Virus record (IMG/VR): IMGVR_UViG_3300027708_000025 | Coordinates: 1 to 64,000 of that record | Direction: 5' to 3' (one strand) | Origin: a virus | Length of the DNA: 64,000 nt | Shown: positions 44,920-53,806 of the stretch, in pieces | How the letters are laid out: every line of letters starts with the position of its first letter | Numbering within the stretch: the stretch's first letter is position 1 | Notes under the pieces: model-generated | What the model was told of the DNA's origin: nothing | Seen by the model: only the letters and a program-made list of their open reading frames with translations | Database searches by the model: none | Position numbers and translations under genes: made by a program

Positions 44920-45222
44920 TTACGTATTCTGAATGAATTGCTTCACCAAGAATCGTTTCACTTCCCATGCGTTAGTCATTCGCACAGTTTTATCTTTACT
45001 GTTCAATCTATATGTAATATATAGCCTTTTTGGAGCAGAAATTACTACTGCACCAAATAATTTTTTATTGAGTCCAAATGGTACCACATAAGCATCACCG
45101 TTGTCAAGTTTTTTCTTGGCATACCCATTAGCACCTTTGATCTTGTCTAGTCCACCAAATCGAACTGTATCTAAAATTTCAACAGCCATCGATTGTCTTG
45201 GACCCATACCATCAATATACAT
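44920..45222 (-). CDS. Hypothetical protein
   Basis: Start moved to MYIDGM. Confidence 0.6.
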   Translation of the reverse strand: MYIDGMGPRQSMAVEILDTVRFGGLDKIKGANGYAKKKLDNGDAYVVPFGLNKKLFGAVVISAPKRLYITYRLNSKDKTVRMTNAWEVKRFLVKQFIQNT

Positions 45223-45355
45223 AATGTTCCTTGTACTTAGGTTCTCTCTTACGTTTGTCTTCAACCACACGCATACGATACTTAGGGCTACGCAAGTCCT
45301 TCGCTACCATGTTACGTGGTTTTGTTTTTGACAATTTAAAATTCAGGCTCTCCAT
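45212..45355 (-). CDS. Small basic protein, ArfA-like pattern
   Basis: RNMVAKDLRSPKYRMRVVEDKRK. Confidence 0.5.
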   Translation of the reverse strand: MESLNFKLSKTKPRNMVAKDLRSPKYRMRVVEDKRKREPKYKEHYVY

Positions 45356-45572
45356 AACTTCCATAATCCTCATCGGTTCCATATCCTGCTGAAGCCATAG
45401 CGGAATCAAAATCTCCGTCCATGCTATCATTATAATCTATATCTGAAAAATTTGCAAAAAAACCATCTACCAATTCTACTGGTATACTAAGCATTGTTGC
45501 AATCGTGAATTCATTGTAGCCTTGTAAATACAACTCTTCAATCTCCATAGCCAACTCGCTCATTTTACTCAT
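45336..45572 (-). CDS. Acidic hypothetical protein
   Basis: DGDFDSAMASAGYGTDEDYG motif. Confidence 0.65.
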   Translation of the reverse strand: MSKMSELAMEIEELYLQGYNEFTIATMLSIPVELVDGFFANFSDIDYNDSMDGDFDSAMASAGYGTDEDYGSYGEPEF

Positions 45573-45913
45573 GCTAGTTCCTTTTGTTTATCCAAAACTT
45601 GTTGATACGTCATTGTGGGTTCTTTGCTGGTGATAGCACCATCAAACTGTAACTGAGATTTCTCAAACCACGAAAGGTAATCGTCACTTTCCATAGACCA
45701 ATCAGTCATGTACTCACTAGAATAATCTGTATCAGTTTCAATACCACTCAATGCAAACTTCACAAACTCATTATAGTCTATGTTAAGGGGAACGTCAAGT
45801 ATCTTATACTCGGAACCGCCTTTTGCTTTCCAATACTGAGGGCACTCACCTTCACCATCCCAATCATGTGCGCCATAATTTTCGTGGTACTGAGTGCGGA
45901 TAACTATCATCAT
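45569..45913 (-). CDS. Conserved phage hypothetical protein
   Basis: TQYHENYGAHDWDGEGECPQYWKAKGG. Confidence 0.75.
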   Translation of the reverse strand: MMIVIRTQYHENYGAHDWDGEGECPQYWKAKGGSEYKILDVPLNIDYNEFVKFALSGIETDTDYSSEYMTDWSMESDDYLSWFEKSQLQFDGAITSKEPTMTYQQVLDKQKELA

Positions 45914-45924
45914 ATATTTATTCC

Positions 45925-46179
45925 TTAGCGAGGTGTAAAACCCAATTCAAATTCCATCATCAACATTTTTGCAATATTGATATACTGCCGTGCATCATTC
46001 AACGCACGTTCACTACCAGACTGCATCACTTCCTGTGCATCGGAAAGATAACTTGAAATCACCATGCCAGGACCAGAAAATTTGAAACTGATTGAATCTG
46101 TTACAGACTCAAGAATTTCGGATTTCTTAGCACCGTATGCTTGGATTTCCCAAAGGGTTTGTTCGTTTGCTGTTTTCAT
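45925..46179 (-). CDS. Hypothetical protein
   Basis: SYLSDAQE...ARQYINIAK; first gene after promoter. Confidence 0.65.
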   Translation of the reverse strand: MKTANEQTLWEIQAYGAKKSEILESVTDSISFKFSGPGMVISSYLSDAQEVMQSGSERALNDARQYINIAKMLMMEFELGFTPR

Positions 46180-46209
46180 TTCAATGTCCTTTATCAATCA
46201 ACAGACTCT

Positions 46210-46270
46210 AGTTTAACAGGTTGGGTGGATAAGTCAACAACTATTTTTGGTAGTGTTGTTATTCCGCAAC
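46210..46270 (-). promoter_or_regulatory. Repeated early promoter unit
   Basis: GTTG-N8-CAAC, AAAATAGTTG, TTGACT-16-TAAACT. Confidence 0.75.
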
Positions 46271-46441
46271 AGGTGCAAACATCTTGCGACCATCAACCAT
46301 GAACCGCTCGAATGCTTCCATAGTCTTTTCAGAGTAAATCATCTTACCATACTTCTGGATATCTTGCAACAACTCCAAGAAACCCATACCTAAAAATTCA
46401 CGCTCTTTATTCAGAATACCAATTGCTGTTTCGATTTTCAT
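46259..46441 (-). CDS. Hypothetical protein
   Basis: Start MKIETA; stop inside promoter palindrome. Confidence 0.6.
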   Translation of the reverse strand: MKIETAIGILNKEREFLGMGFLELLQDIQKYGKMIYSEKTMEAFERFMVDGRKMFAPVAE

Positions 46442-46442
46442 A

Positions 46443-46679
46443 TTAAGCACCATAAAAGTCAGAAGTAAAACCACAAGTATTGTAGACACATTCACGAACT
46501 GTAGTGTCCATCGCTTCACCAAATTTGTTGTAATCATTTTTGGCTAACATGTTGAGACACTTGTAAGTTTCTGGCCATGTCAGGTTCATTGTTACTGCGG
46601 CAACAACAATACCGTGAACGGCTAAGTTGCCAACTTCGCTAAACATTCCGTAAGATATATCATGTGTCAATGTAGTCAT
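46443..46679 (-). CDS. Hypothetical protein
   Basis: YGMFSEVGN.AV...EAMDTTVRECVY. Confidence 0.65.
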   Translation of the reverse strand: MTTLTHDISYGMFSEVGNLAVHGIVVAAVTMNLTWPETYKCLNMLAKNDYNKFGEAMDTTVRECVYNTCGFTSDFYGA

Positions 46680-46688
46680 TTTATTTCC

Positions 46689-46958
46689 TTAAATCAAATC
46701 AATTTGAACTTGTGTACCAACTTGGCTGGTATTGTAACTTGTCATACCAAGACCAGTGGGAACTAACGCACCATCTTTTTGCGCCATGTAACGCATGTAA
46801 GACAAACGGAGCAAAGCATCATTAGCCGCTTGTGAATGGGTGTATGTAGCAAACACACTAGCAACACCAGCAACGGTGGTGTAGACACCAATTCCGTCAA
46901 ACATCACACGAATTTTTTGTGAATTCTTGAAGCCCTGAATGTAAGTCTTTGTACGCAT
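46689..46958 (-). CDS. Hypothetical protein
   Basis: Start MRTKTY with RBS. Confidence 0.6.
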   Translation of the reverse strand: MRTKTYIQGFKNSQKIRVMFDGIGVYTTVAGVASVFATYTHSQAANDALLRLSYMRYMAQKDGALVPTGLGMTSYNTSQVGTQVQIDLI

Positions 46959-46994
46959 TTCAAATTTCCTTTTCTTTTTCAATCTCTAGACTCT

Positions 46995-47055
46995 AGTATA
47001 ACAGAATCGGCATACTTGTCAACAACTATTTTCGATTCTGTTGTATTTTTGCAAC
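46995..47055 (-). promoter_or_regulatory. Repeated early promoter unit
   Basis: GTTG-N8-CAAC, AAAATAGTTG, TTGACA-16-TATACT, then AGAGTCTAGAGATT. Confidence 0.85.
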
Positions 47056-47070
47056 TGAATACTTTGGTAT

Positions 47071-47409
47071 TCAACAAGCACCAGTCCAACGAACGTTTTG
47101 GAAAGTCCGTGCCATCGTGTTTCCACGGGCAAAATTCTTAGCAGGACTTGCCCAACCAGCGGCTTTCAAAATGTCGCCTTTGGTGAACTTGCCCATGTCA
47201 CGGAGACACACAAAGGAATGAACGGAACGACCGCTACCTTTGCGACCACTAATCACTTTAATATATTTTGATCCAACTTCGAATGTCAGACCATCGCAAA
47301 AATCTTGCGCCATTGCCTTTTGGTTTTCGGAGGGTGTTGCACCTTGCCACTTGATGTAGTCAGCTTTGATGCATTCGAGGTATTCGTTAAATCCGTCAAT
47401 CATTTTCAT
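47071..47409 (-). CDS. Conserved phage hypothetical protein
   Basis: GSKYIKV...SVHSFV...GDILKAAGWASPAKNFARGN. Confidence 0.75.
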   Translation of the reverse strand: MKMIDGFNEYLECIKADYIKWQGATPSENQKAMAQDFCDGLTFEVGSKYIKVISGRKGSGRSVHSFVCLRDMGKFTKGDILKAAGWASPAKNFARGNTMARTFQNVRWTGAC

Positions 47410-47421
47410 TTCCTTTATCAA

Positions 47422-47502
47422 TTAACCGAGGGTCTTAACAGAACCACTAACAGCGGCACCGAACAAAACCATTACTGCAAAAATCATCAAAACTGTAAGC
47501 AT
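47422..47502 (-). CDS. 26-aa hydrophobic peptide
   Basis: MLTVLMIFAVMVLFGAAVSGSVKTLG; AGGAGA RBS directly after promoter. Confidence 0.5.
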   Translation of the reverse strand: MLTVLMIFAVMVLFGAAVSGSVKTLG

Positions 47503-47538
47503 TTAAATCTCCTATTAATCTCACTCGCTACAGAATCT

Positions 47539-47617
47539 ATTATACATGGTTTGGTGGGTACGTCAACGGTTATTTTCACTTTGTGCAAAAATACAACACT
47601 TGTGGGGAAAAAACAAC
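47539..47617 (-). promoter_or_regulatory. Early promoter with two degenerate palindromes
   Basis: TTGACG-16-TATAAT. Confidence 0.7.
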
Positions 47618-47703
47618 AGCCCTAGAACCGGTTTTGGGCGGTTTTTAAGGCTGTGGAGGGGTGTCAGTACACCGAACGGTCTACGCCGTCCCAGACGGCG
47701 GTT

Positions 47704-48306
47704 TTAGGCGTCTTCTATTTCATCTTCCTCGTTTTGCGGCAAGTCTTCGCCACGTTCCAGTCGGTGTGTATCGCACAATGTTGAAATCCATCCGTAGTTA
47801 TTTGAACGACCAGGATTACCACACACTTCACATGTGCGATATGACATGGACTCAGCCATGCTAATCATTCCACTAATCACATCGTTATAACCATTTGTGT
47901 AGAATCGCAATCCGCCAAACTTCTCTTTCACTTGACTTGCTGTGATGTATGGTATGTATGGAGGAACTTCTTTGAACTCTGCGTTTTCAATTGCTTTATT
48001 TGCCCATTCAATTCCAAAACTATCGGGTTCTGATTTATTACCAAAGGTGAAATGCATTTGAAGTGGACGTATGTCGCCAGCCAATGCACGTTTCAATGCA
48101 CGATTAAATCGTAATGCTCTTGCACGGGTTTTACGTTTTTGATCTACATGATGTTGAATGTTTCCACACAATACATCAACGATGTTGTACCAACCATCAC
48201 CACAATCAAAACCCCAACACATAGCAGTATGTGTCATCGGTGCATGACGATACTTAAAAATCTTTGGGTACTTTGCAACTAGTGCTTCATCCAATTCATT
48301 TTTCAT
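47704..48306 (-). CDS. Conserved phage hypothetical protein with C-terminal zinc ribbon
   Basis: CGDGW...QVKEKFGGLRFY...CEVCG...TLCDTH. Confidence 0.75.
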   Translation of the reverse strand: MKNELDEALVAKYPKIFKYRHAPMTHTAMCWGFDCGDGWYNIVDVLCGNIQHHVDQKRKTRARALRFNRALKRALAGDIRPLQMHFTFGNKSEPDSFGIEWANKAIENAEFKEVPPYIPYITASQVKEKFGGLRFYTNGYNDVISGMISMAESMSYRTCEVCGNPGRSNNYGWISTLCDTHRLERGEDLPQNEEDEIEDA

Positions 48307-48309
48307 AAT

Positions 48310-48918
48310 TTACTCACAAAATTTTAAAATACTAGGCGAACTCATTATACGATTTGAATATGAATTTCTTTGACGATCCGATTCATATATCTGATCGAAA
48401 TTTAACAAAGGCAAATTATCAAAACGGTTTATATATTCTAAAGTATATCGTTCTTCAACAGTACGCACATGTGATTTTAGTGAAACAGTTTTACAATCTT
48501 TAGGTGGAAGAGTAATGCTAACCCATCTTTGACATTGAGGATACAATGGCGGAGAAAAATGTTCAAAATACATTTTAGATTTTTTTATTTCTAATTTGTT
48601 TTCCTTTGACAATTTATCCATATTGAGAGGTTCTTCAAGTAACGTGGACAAATATGCATTGTGATCCAAGAGTCTTTTTTGTAAATGTTTTTTTCTCACT
48701 CCATTCCAAGTTTTTCTATTTTTTATATCGTGGTATGATCCACACGCCATACCAATATAGAATGTGTCTTCTAATTCAAAAGGCATAACATCTTTGTCTG
48801 GTTTATCTTCACCAAAGTAATAAGCATATATTCCCTCGCTTATACAGTCCATACGATCATATGCGTTAGACCATGAAAACCAGCCTAAATGTTCTCCAGT
48901 ATCAATACTCAAAATCAT
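48310..48918 (-). CDS. Hypothetical protein, GIY-YIG-like
   Basis: GIYAY...FYIGMA...KRLLDH. Confidence 0.5.
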   Translation of the reverse strand: MILSIDTGEHLGWFSWSNAYDRMDCISEGIYAYYFGEDKPDKDVMPFELEDTFYIGMACGSYHDIKNRKTWNGVRKKHLQKRLLDHNAYLSTLLEEPLNMDKLSKENKLEIKKSKMYFEHFSPPLYPQCQRWVSITLPPKDCKTVSLKSHVRTVEERYTLEYINRFDNLPLLNFDQIYESDRQRNSYSNRIMSSPSILKFCE

Positions 48919-48932
48919 AATATATTACTCAG

Positions 48933-49121
48933 TTATTTTAATTCATCAAATTCTTCAAATTCGTCCCAATCATCTTCTTTAAGATTTTGTGGGTCGATAA
49001 ACTTTGTTTGGTGCTTGAACTTATCTTTTTGTTTTTTAGATTCGTTCAACTTCGGTTTCCTTGCTCTATCCTCGTCTTCATAGAAGTCACGGAAACTGGA
49101 ATATTTCTTTGTCTTTGCCAT
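48933..49121 (-). CDS. Small charged hypothetical protein
   Basis: 62 aa with RBS. Confidence 0.55.
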   Translation of the reverse strand: MAKTKKYSSFRDFYEDEDRARKPKLNESKKQKDKFKHQTKFIDPQNLKEDDWDEFEEFDELK

Positions 49122-49125
49122 TTTG

Positions 49126-49569
49126 TTACTCTGATTCTCCCTGCAAGATTTCAGGCAATGCTTCTTCGATGAGTTTTCGATTGATGCCTTTGTACGTAAG
49201 TTTTTTATCTTTCATCATCAAAACTAGTTTAGCCTCTTCTGGAGAAACTGTTTCAAGAACCTCAATAAAAATTGATTCACGTTTGATGGGATTCAAAGTA
49301 CTACCTTTTAGAAAATACTGAAACTTTCTCAATTCTTTTGGAAGACGATTGTGTCCCCAATTACCTGGAGTTTCCATAGGTTTGTATGGAGGTACTCCAG
49401 CTGGTAATTCAAATACAATGTTTTTGTGAAACGTGTATTGCAACACCGTTTTCAATTCTGGTGTCAAGTTTGCAATCTGCTTTAATGAGTTTGCTTTTTT
49501 AGCCGCCGGTAATTCTGCAACATGTTGTAGCAACTCGGGCAAAGTCATCTTACTAATATCAATAGCCAT
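49126..49569 (-). CDS. Conserved T4-like hypothetical protein
   Basis: LPAGVPPYKP, KRESIFIEVLE, EAKLVLMMKDKKL; follows rnh. Confidence 0.75.
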   Translation of the reverse strand: MAIDISKMTLPELLQHVAELPAAKKANSLKQIANLTPELKTVLQYTFHKNIVFELPAGVPPYKPMETPGNWGHNRLPKELRKFQYFLKGSTLNPIKRESIFIEVLETVSPEEAKLVLMMKDKKLTYKGINRKLIEEALPEILQGESE

Positions 49570-49570
49570 T

Positions 49571-50437
49571 TTAAAATTCCTGTATATGTTCCATCAACTG
49601 CTTCATGCGGTTTTGGATAAAATAGTTAAGTAGTTTTTCCCTACCACGTTTAGGGGTATTTTCATAGGCATCAAGAATCTTCTCTTGATACTCAGTCGGA
49701 ATCTTAGATAGGTCAATCAGTAATTCGTTTCGTTTGTAATTACGCCACATCACATCATCACAAAAAGACCTTGGTTCTTCTTCTAACCACTTATTTAGCT
49801 TTTTCTCAGTTACAGGTTTTTGTCTGGCTTCTACGACAAATGTATCATCGGAAGACATGAAATTGGGAATGCCATCACTTCTGTCGCCTCGAATAATGTG
49901 TTCTTTCAGAAAGGCTTCTGGATTGTTAGTACGCAAGAACTTCTTACCCATTGGGCTATACTGTTCTACATTAGCGAACTTCTGCAATTGCATAAAGTCT
50001 TTGTCGCTAGACAGAATCAGAATCTTTTCGGTAGTACTGTTCTTAAGCGGAACACCGAACTTGTGTGTCAACGTAGCAATAACATCATCGGCTTCTGTCT
50101 TATCAACTTGAATCACTTTGTACGGAAAGTATTCTTTGATTTCGTCACGCACTTTGTTTAGCGTTTCAAAAATTAAATTCCAATTAAACGGAGATGCCTC
50201 TCTGTCTTTCTTACGACCAGCTTTGTAGTATGGAAAGTAATCACGGCGCCAATACTTTTTGTCATCGCAACAGATAACAATGTCACCATAGTCATCTTTG
50301 AATTTCATATTGTACATGCGAATGCTATTCAGCACCATATGCCGTACCATATTTTCATCAATTACATTTGATGCATTTGAATTTATCTGCATCATCAGAT
50401 TGGAAATCATCACTTGATTCAAGTCAATCAAAATCAT
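49571..50437 (-). CDS. rnh: T4-type RNase H / 5'-3' exonuclease
   Basis: YWRRDYFPYYKAGRK, EADDVIA, SSDKDFMQLQ, GDRSDGIPN. Confidence 0.95.
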   Translation of the reverse strand: MILIDLNQVMISNLMMQINSNASNVIDENMVRHMVLNSIRMYNMKFKDDYGDIVICCDDKKYWRRDYFPYYKAGRKKDREASPFNWNLIFETLNKVRDEIKEYFPYKVIQVDKTEADDVIATLTHKFGVPLKNSTTEKILILSSDKDFMQLQKFANVEQYSPMGKKFLRTNNPEAFLKEHIIRGDRSDGIPNFMSSDDTFVVEARQKPVTEKKLNKWLEEEPRSFCDDVMWRNYKRNELLIDLSKIPTEYQEKILDAYENTPKRGREKLLNYFIQNRMKQLMEHIQEF

Positions 50438-50446
50438 TTTATATTC

Positions 50447-50629
50447 TCAATAGTTCTGAACAATCCAACTGGATAGTTCCTTGACTCTGGATTCAAGCAC
50501 CGAGATTGCGGTATGAATATTTCCAGTATCATGTTCTTCTATTCGACTCTTCAAGATTTCAATTTCATCTTGAAGTGCCTCACAATGACTAACACGATCA
50601 TGCACCTCACTTGTAGTAACGATTGCCAT
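50447..50629 (-). CDS. Hypothetical protein
   Basis: HDTGNIHTAISVLESRV. Confidence 0.6.
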   Translation of the reverse strand: MAIVTTSEVHDRVSHCEALQDEIEILKSRIEEHDTGNIHTAISVLESRVKELSSWIVQNY

Positions 50630-50639
50630 ACAGTCTTTC

Positions 50640-51758
50640 TTAATTTATTAATCTAACAATAATTGTATCAGAGTTAATGCGCCCTGTCAACTCGGAAGGC
50701 TTGGTAGACAATCCATCTAACAATTTTTTCAATACGATCTTACCACCATCAAGTACTTGTTTAATAGTCACTTCAGGTTTACGCAAACGTTTGCCAATGG
50801 ATGTTTCAGCATTGAAGTTTTGAATTGTTGTACCTTTGATTGTCAGACCTTTTGCATTGTCAGCATTGTACATACCAAGCAATTTTGTTTTGGTATTGTA
50901 CAACCACACTTGATTTGCACCAATAATCTTTTCAGGTAGAACACTCTTTAAATTCAACTCAGCGAAATCTTTCATGTATTGCACTTTAGCGGCAATCACA
51001 CTTGCAGGTTTCTCTTTTACTTTACGTGCTTTACGTGTAGGTTTCTTTTCTGCACCACGATTTGTTTCAGCAACAATCGCATCGTAGAATTCTTTAATCT
51101 TACGCAATTGTACTTTACTGAAATTAGAATATGCCTCTTTGATATCAGCATCGGATGTATTCATAACGTCTTCAAATTCTTTAGAACGTTTAATGAACAC
51201 TTCACACATTTTTTTCTGCACAACGGAAGATAATTCTTTACCTTTTAGATATGATTCCATGTCTGGTGCAAACTTACATCCACCAGCAATAAACTCATCA
51301 ACAAGTCCTTCAATCTCTCCGACTTCTTCCGATGCCTTTTCACGAATTCTGTCTTGAATAGACACGATTGGTGCAGTTGATGCAACAATAGGTGCTTTTG
51401 TTTTTTTGGTTTTCTTTGCGGTCTCAATGACAGTTTTAAACTCTTTGACAAAGAAATTTTTGAATGTGTCGGATGGATTATATCCCATGCACATCATACG
51501 TGCTACCCAACCAAGTTGTACTGGAATAGATGCGTCACTTGATGCGACTAAAGAAATTTCTTCCTTTGATCGACCAATGCTAGCCATGTATTCGACAACA
51601 AATGTTTTTGCTTGCTTGCTATCACAAAAATAATTATACCAATTCAATGCACGAATTTCAGCAACCTTAAGATTACTGATTTCATCTTGATTGGTCCAAG
51701 AAGGTTCTGTGCCAAAGGCTTGTGCGTCAGCGCCAGGATTGATCTTGGAAAATTTCAT
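50640..51758 (-). CDS. Conserved T4-like hypothetical protein
   Basis: 372 aa; ALNWYNY, SIQDRI, KGTTI, KRLRKP, TGRIN. Confidence 0.75.
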   Translation of the reverse strand: MKFSKINPGADAQAFGTEPSWTNQDEISNLKVAEIRALNWYNYFCDSKQAKTFVVEYMASIGRSKEEISLVASSDASIPVQLGWVARMMCMGYNPSDTFKNFFVKEFKTVIETAKKTKKTKAPIVASTAPIVSIQDRIREKASEEVGEIEGLVDEFIAGGCKFAPDMESYLKGKELSSVVQKKMCEVFIKRSKEFEDVMNTSDADIKEAYSNFSKVQLRKIKEFYDAIVAETNRGAEKKPTRKARKVKEKPASVIAAKVQYMKDFAELNLKSVLPEKIIGANQVWLYNTKTKLLGMYNADNAKGLTIKGTTIQNFNAETSIGKRLRKPEVTIKQVLDGGKIVLKKLLDGLSTKPSELTGRINSDTIIVRLIN

Positions 51759-51761
51759 AAT

Positions 51762-52094
51762 TTATTCACCTATTGTAAATGATACAGATTTAACAGAATC
51801 GTAACGGAAAGAACGCCATTCGTTTTTCTCTAAGTCAACCACAGAGATTGCCTCGTCAGTTGAAGTATTGCGAACACGTTCGGTTTTCTTTTCGTATGTT
51901 GGGATTGCAGATTCCTGCAATGTGCATTTCATAGTACGCATTGTACCATCTTTTTTCAGAAAGTCAACAGTCACAGGACCAAATTTGAGGTGGCTAACAA
52001 GCCACTTGCGAAATGCTTTTTGTTCTTTTGGCGTAGTTGTTGAATAATTAAAAGTTGTCATATCAAAGTTCTCCATGTTAAAAATGTCTTCCAT
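51762..52094 (-). CDS. WYL-like SH3-fold protein
   Basis: VTVDFLKKDGTMRTMKCTL...DLEKNEWRSFRYD. Confidence 0.75.
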   Translation of the reverse strand: MEDIFNMENFDMTTFNYSTTTPKEQKAFRKWLVSHLKFGPVTVDFLKKDGTMRTMKCTLQESAIPTYEKKTERVRNTSTDEAISVVDLEKNEWRSFRYDSVKSVSFTIGE

Positions 52095-52105
52095 TCAATG
52101 TCTCT

Positions 52106-52134
52106 AGTATACTCATAATCCAATCAATTGTCAA
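52106..52134 (-). promoter_or_regulatory. Sigma70-type promoter
   Basis: TTGACA-17-TATACT. Confidence 0.7.
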
Positions 52135-52137
52135 GTT

Positions 52138-52404
52138 TTATTCTCGGGTTTCGTTTTGAAATTGTTTTTCCATTTTTACTTCACTATACAAATAATCGTA
52201 TAGTTCTTTAATACCGCCAATGTATTTTGCATCGTGATATATGTGAGGAACAAAATTAGTTTCTGGAACTAATATCCTCAATTGTTCTATTGAATAATCT
52301 TGACCCAATATGAATAATTTATATTGGCGTCTACAGACTGTCAACAGCGTTTCAACTTTATTGGTTGTTCTGCTTCCCTCTGCACCATAAACATAATACG
52401 TCAT
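52138..52404 (-). CDS. Glutaredoxin-fold protein lacking CxxC
   Basis: VPHIY...YIGG..EL; SRTT in place of CxxC. Confidence 0.6.
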   Translation of the reverse strand: MTYYVYGAEGSRTTNKVETLLTVCRRQYKLFILGQDYSIEQLRILVPETNFVPHIYHDAKYIGGIKELYDYLYSEVKMEKQFQNETRE

Positions 52405-52805
52405 GGGGCATTATACACCTGCACAAATTCACTTGGTTCATTATTTAAAATTGCAGTTTTAAGTGTACCCTTAAAATCATATGTTACTTGATATCCTTTG
52501 ACAACACTTTGATATACTTGCTCATTGACAAGTTTACATATAGGGGTTGAAAGCGGAGGCGTCATACCCAAGACTAGAGTATTAGTTCCTGGTCCCGAAT
52601 AGTGTGTTATTCCATATTGTTTTTGACAATAATTTTTTGTAGTCATGTACGGTACCTTTTCTATAATAGGTTTCACATTTATCACTTTTGCCATATAGTA
52701 GCCGTCTTTGATTGACGAATCTTCTACAAGAACAACTCCAGCTTGTGCAAAATTACACAAAAATAAAGTTGTCACTATACTATGTAGCGTACATGTTTTT
52801 TTCAT
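52401..52805 (-). CDS. Secreted YcfJ-like protein
   Basis: Signal peptide; AKVINVKPI..C..C..GYQVTYDFKG. Confidence 0.6.
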   Translation of the reverse strand: MKKTCTLHSIVTTLFLCNFAQAGVVLVEDSSIKDGYYMAKVINVKPIIEKVPYMTTKNYCQKQYGITHYSGPGTNTLVLGMTPPLSTPICKLVNEQVYQSVVKGYQVTYDFKGTLKTAILNNEPSEFVQVYNAP

Positions 52806-52808
52806 AGT

Positions 52809-53168
52809 TTATTCTACAGCATAAACTTTCGTTACTGTCTTGATTCTAATTGCATTACCAGGATCGTAATTCATTTTAACTGTACGAATTTGTCCTTGAT
52901 ATTCAAATGTCACATTGAATGCAGTAACATTATAGCGAAACTCTCTGTCACTATATGTTACACATTTTTGTTGTTGCGTTTGAACGGGCGCACCCGCACC
53001 TTCAATTGGTTCAACGTTGGTACATGACATTCTAGGCATTGAAATTGCTTTCATACTTCCAATTGGATCAACTTTAATGACTTGCACAATTTGATAATTA
53101 ACAATATCATCGGCAAATGCACATGTTGCAATTAATGCAGTAACTGCAACCGCTAAGATTCTTTTCAT
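52809..53168 (-). CDS. Secreted YcfJ-like protein (paralog)
   Basis: Signal peptide; VIKVDPI..C..C..FNVTFEYQG..MNYDPG. Confidence 0.6.
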   Translation of the reverse strand: MKRILAVAVTALIATCAFADDIVNYQIVQVIKVDPIGSMKAISMPRMSCTNVEPIEGAGAPVQTQQQKCVTYSDREFRYNVTAFNVTFEYQGQIRTVKMNYDPGNAIRIKTVTKVYAVE

Positions 53169-53377
53169 TGTTTACTTCCTTTCATTACTCCACCAACTGC
53201 AATAGTCAACCAAGTAATTGCAGAAATAGTTTCCATACTAACTGGAATATTAGTTCCGAAAATTACATTGATTGACATGATGGTAAAAATTGAACCAATC
53301 GCAACCGCAGTTACAATGGCAAATAATATACCAAAAAATAATGCAAGATTATCGGTTTTGAAATTTGTCATAAGCAC
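53165..53377 (-). CDS. Small membrane protein
   Basis: Two hydrophobic segments. Confidence 0.6.
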   Translation of the reverse strand: MLMTNFKTDNLALFFGILFAIVTAVAIGSIFTIMSINVIFGTNIPVSMETISAITWLTIAVGGVMKGSKQ

Positions 53378-53397
53378 TCCTATATGTTACTTTAAAC

Positions 53398-53426
53398 AGT
53401 ATAACACACCATATATGGCATGTCAA
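53398..53426 (-). promoter_or_regulatory. Sigma70-type promoter
   Basis: TTGACA-17-TATACT. Confidence 0.7.
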
Positions 53427-53740
53427 AATGTATTCAAAGATGGTTCAAACTCGGCAATCAATTCTCGTTCACGTTGGTGTGCGGGTTTACGCCCACGAAT
53501 CACTTCAAGGACTTCATATTGCCATGCGGCACCAGCCAACTCACGCAATGCATTACACATTGCCCAGTTTTTGTTTTCGCACTTCGCACGACTCACATGT
53601 TTTTGCCAACGGATTTTGACCGAACGGACGTAGGCTTGTCCCTGTGCAACAGTCAAGCCAACATATGAATCGCCAGTATCTACACATGTAACTTTATACA
53701 GCACATGGTTTCTGTCGGATCGTTTCTTTCTCAATGTCAT
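53423..53740 (-). CDS. Stand-alone GIY-YIG nuclease-domain protein
   Basis: VLYKV...SYVGLT...RWQKH...RERELI..P.LN. Confidence 0.75.
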   Translation of the reverse strand: MTLRKKRSDRNHVLYKVTCVDTGDSYVGLTVAQGQAYVRSVKIRWQKHVSRAKCENKNWAMCNALRELAGAAWQYEVLEVIRGRKPAHQRERELIAEFEPSLNTF

Positions 53741-53746
53741 ATGACT

Positions 53747-53806
53747 AGTATACCACAATGGGACAGCAAGTCAAGGGTTATTTTGGCTTTGTTGCTCAAA
53801 AACAAC
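53747..53806 (-). promoter_or_regulatory. Repeated early promoter unit
   Basis: GTTG-N8-CAAC; TTGACT-16-TATACT. Confidence 0.75.

Noticed and set aside
48310-48918. Intron-encoded homing endonuclease
   Set aside because: Flanking genes are uninterrupted and no group I intron elements are visible.
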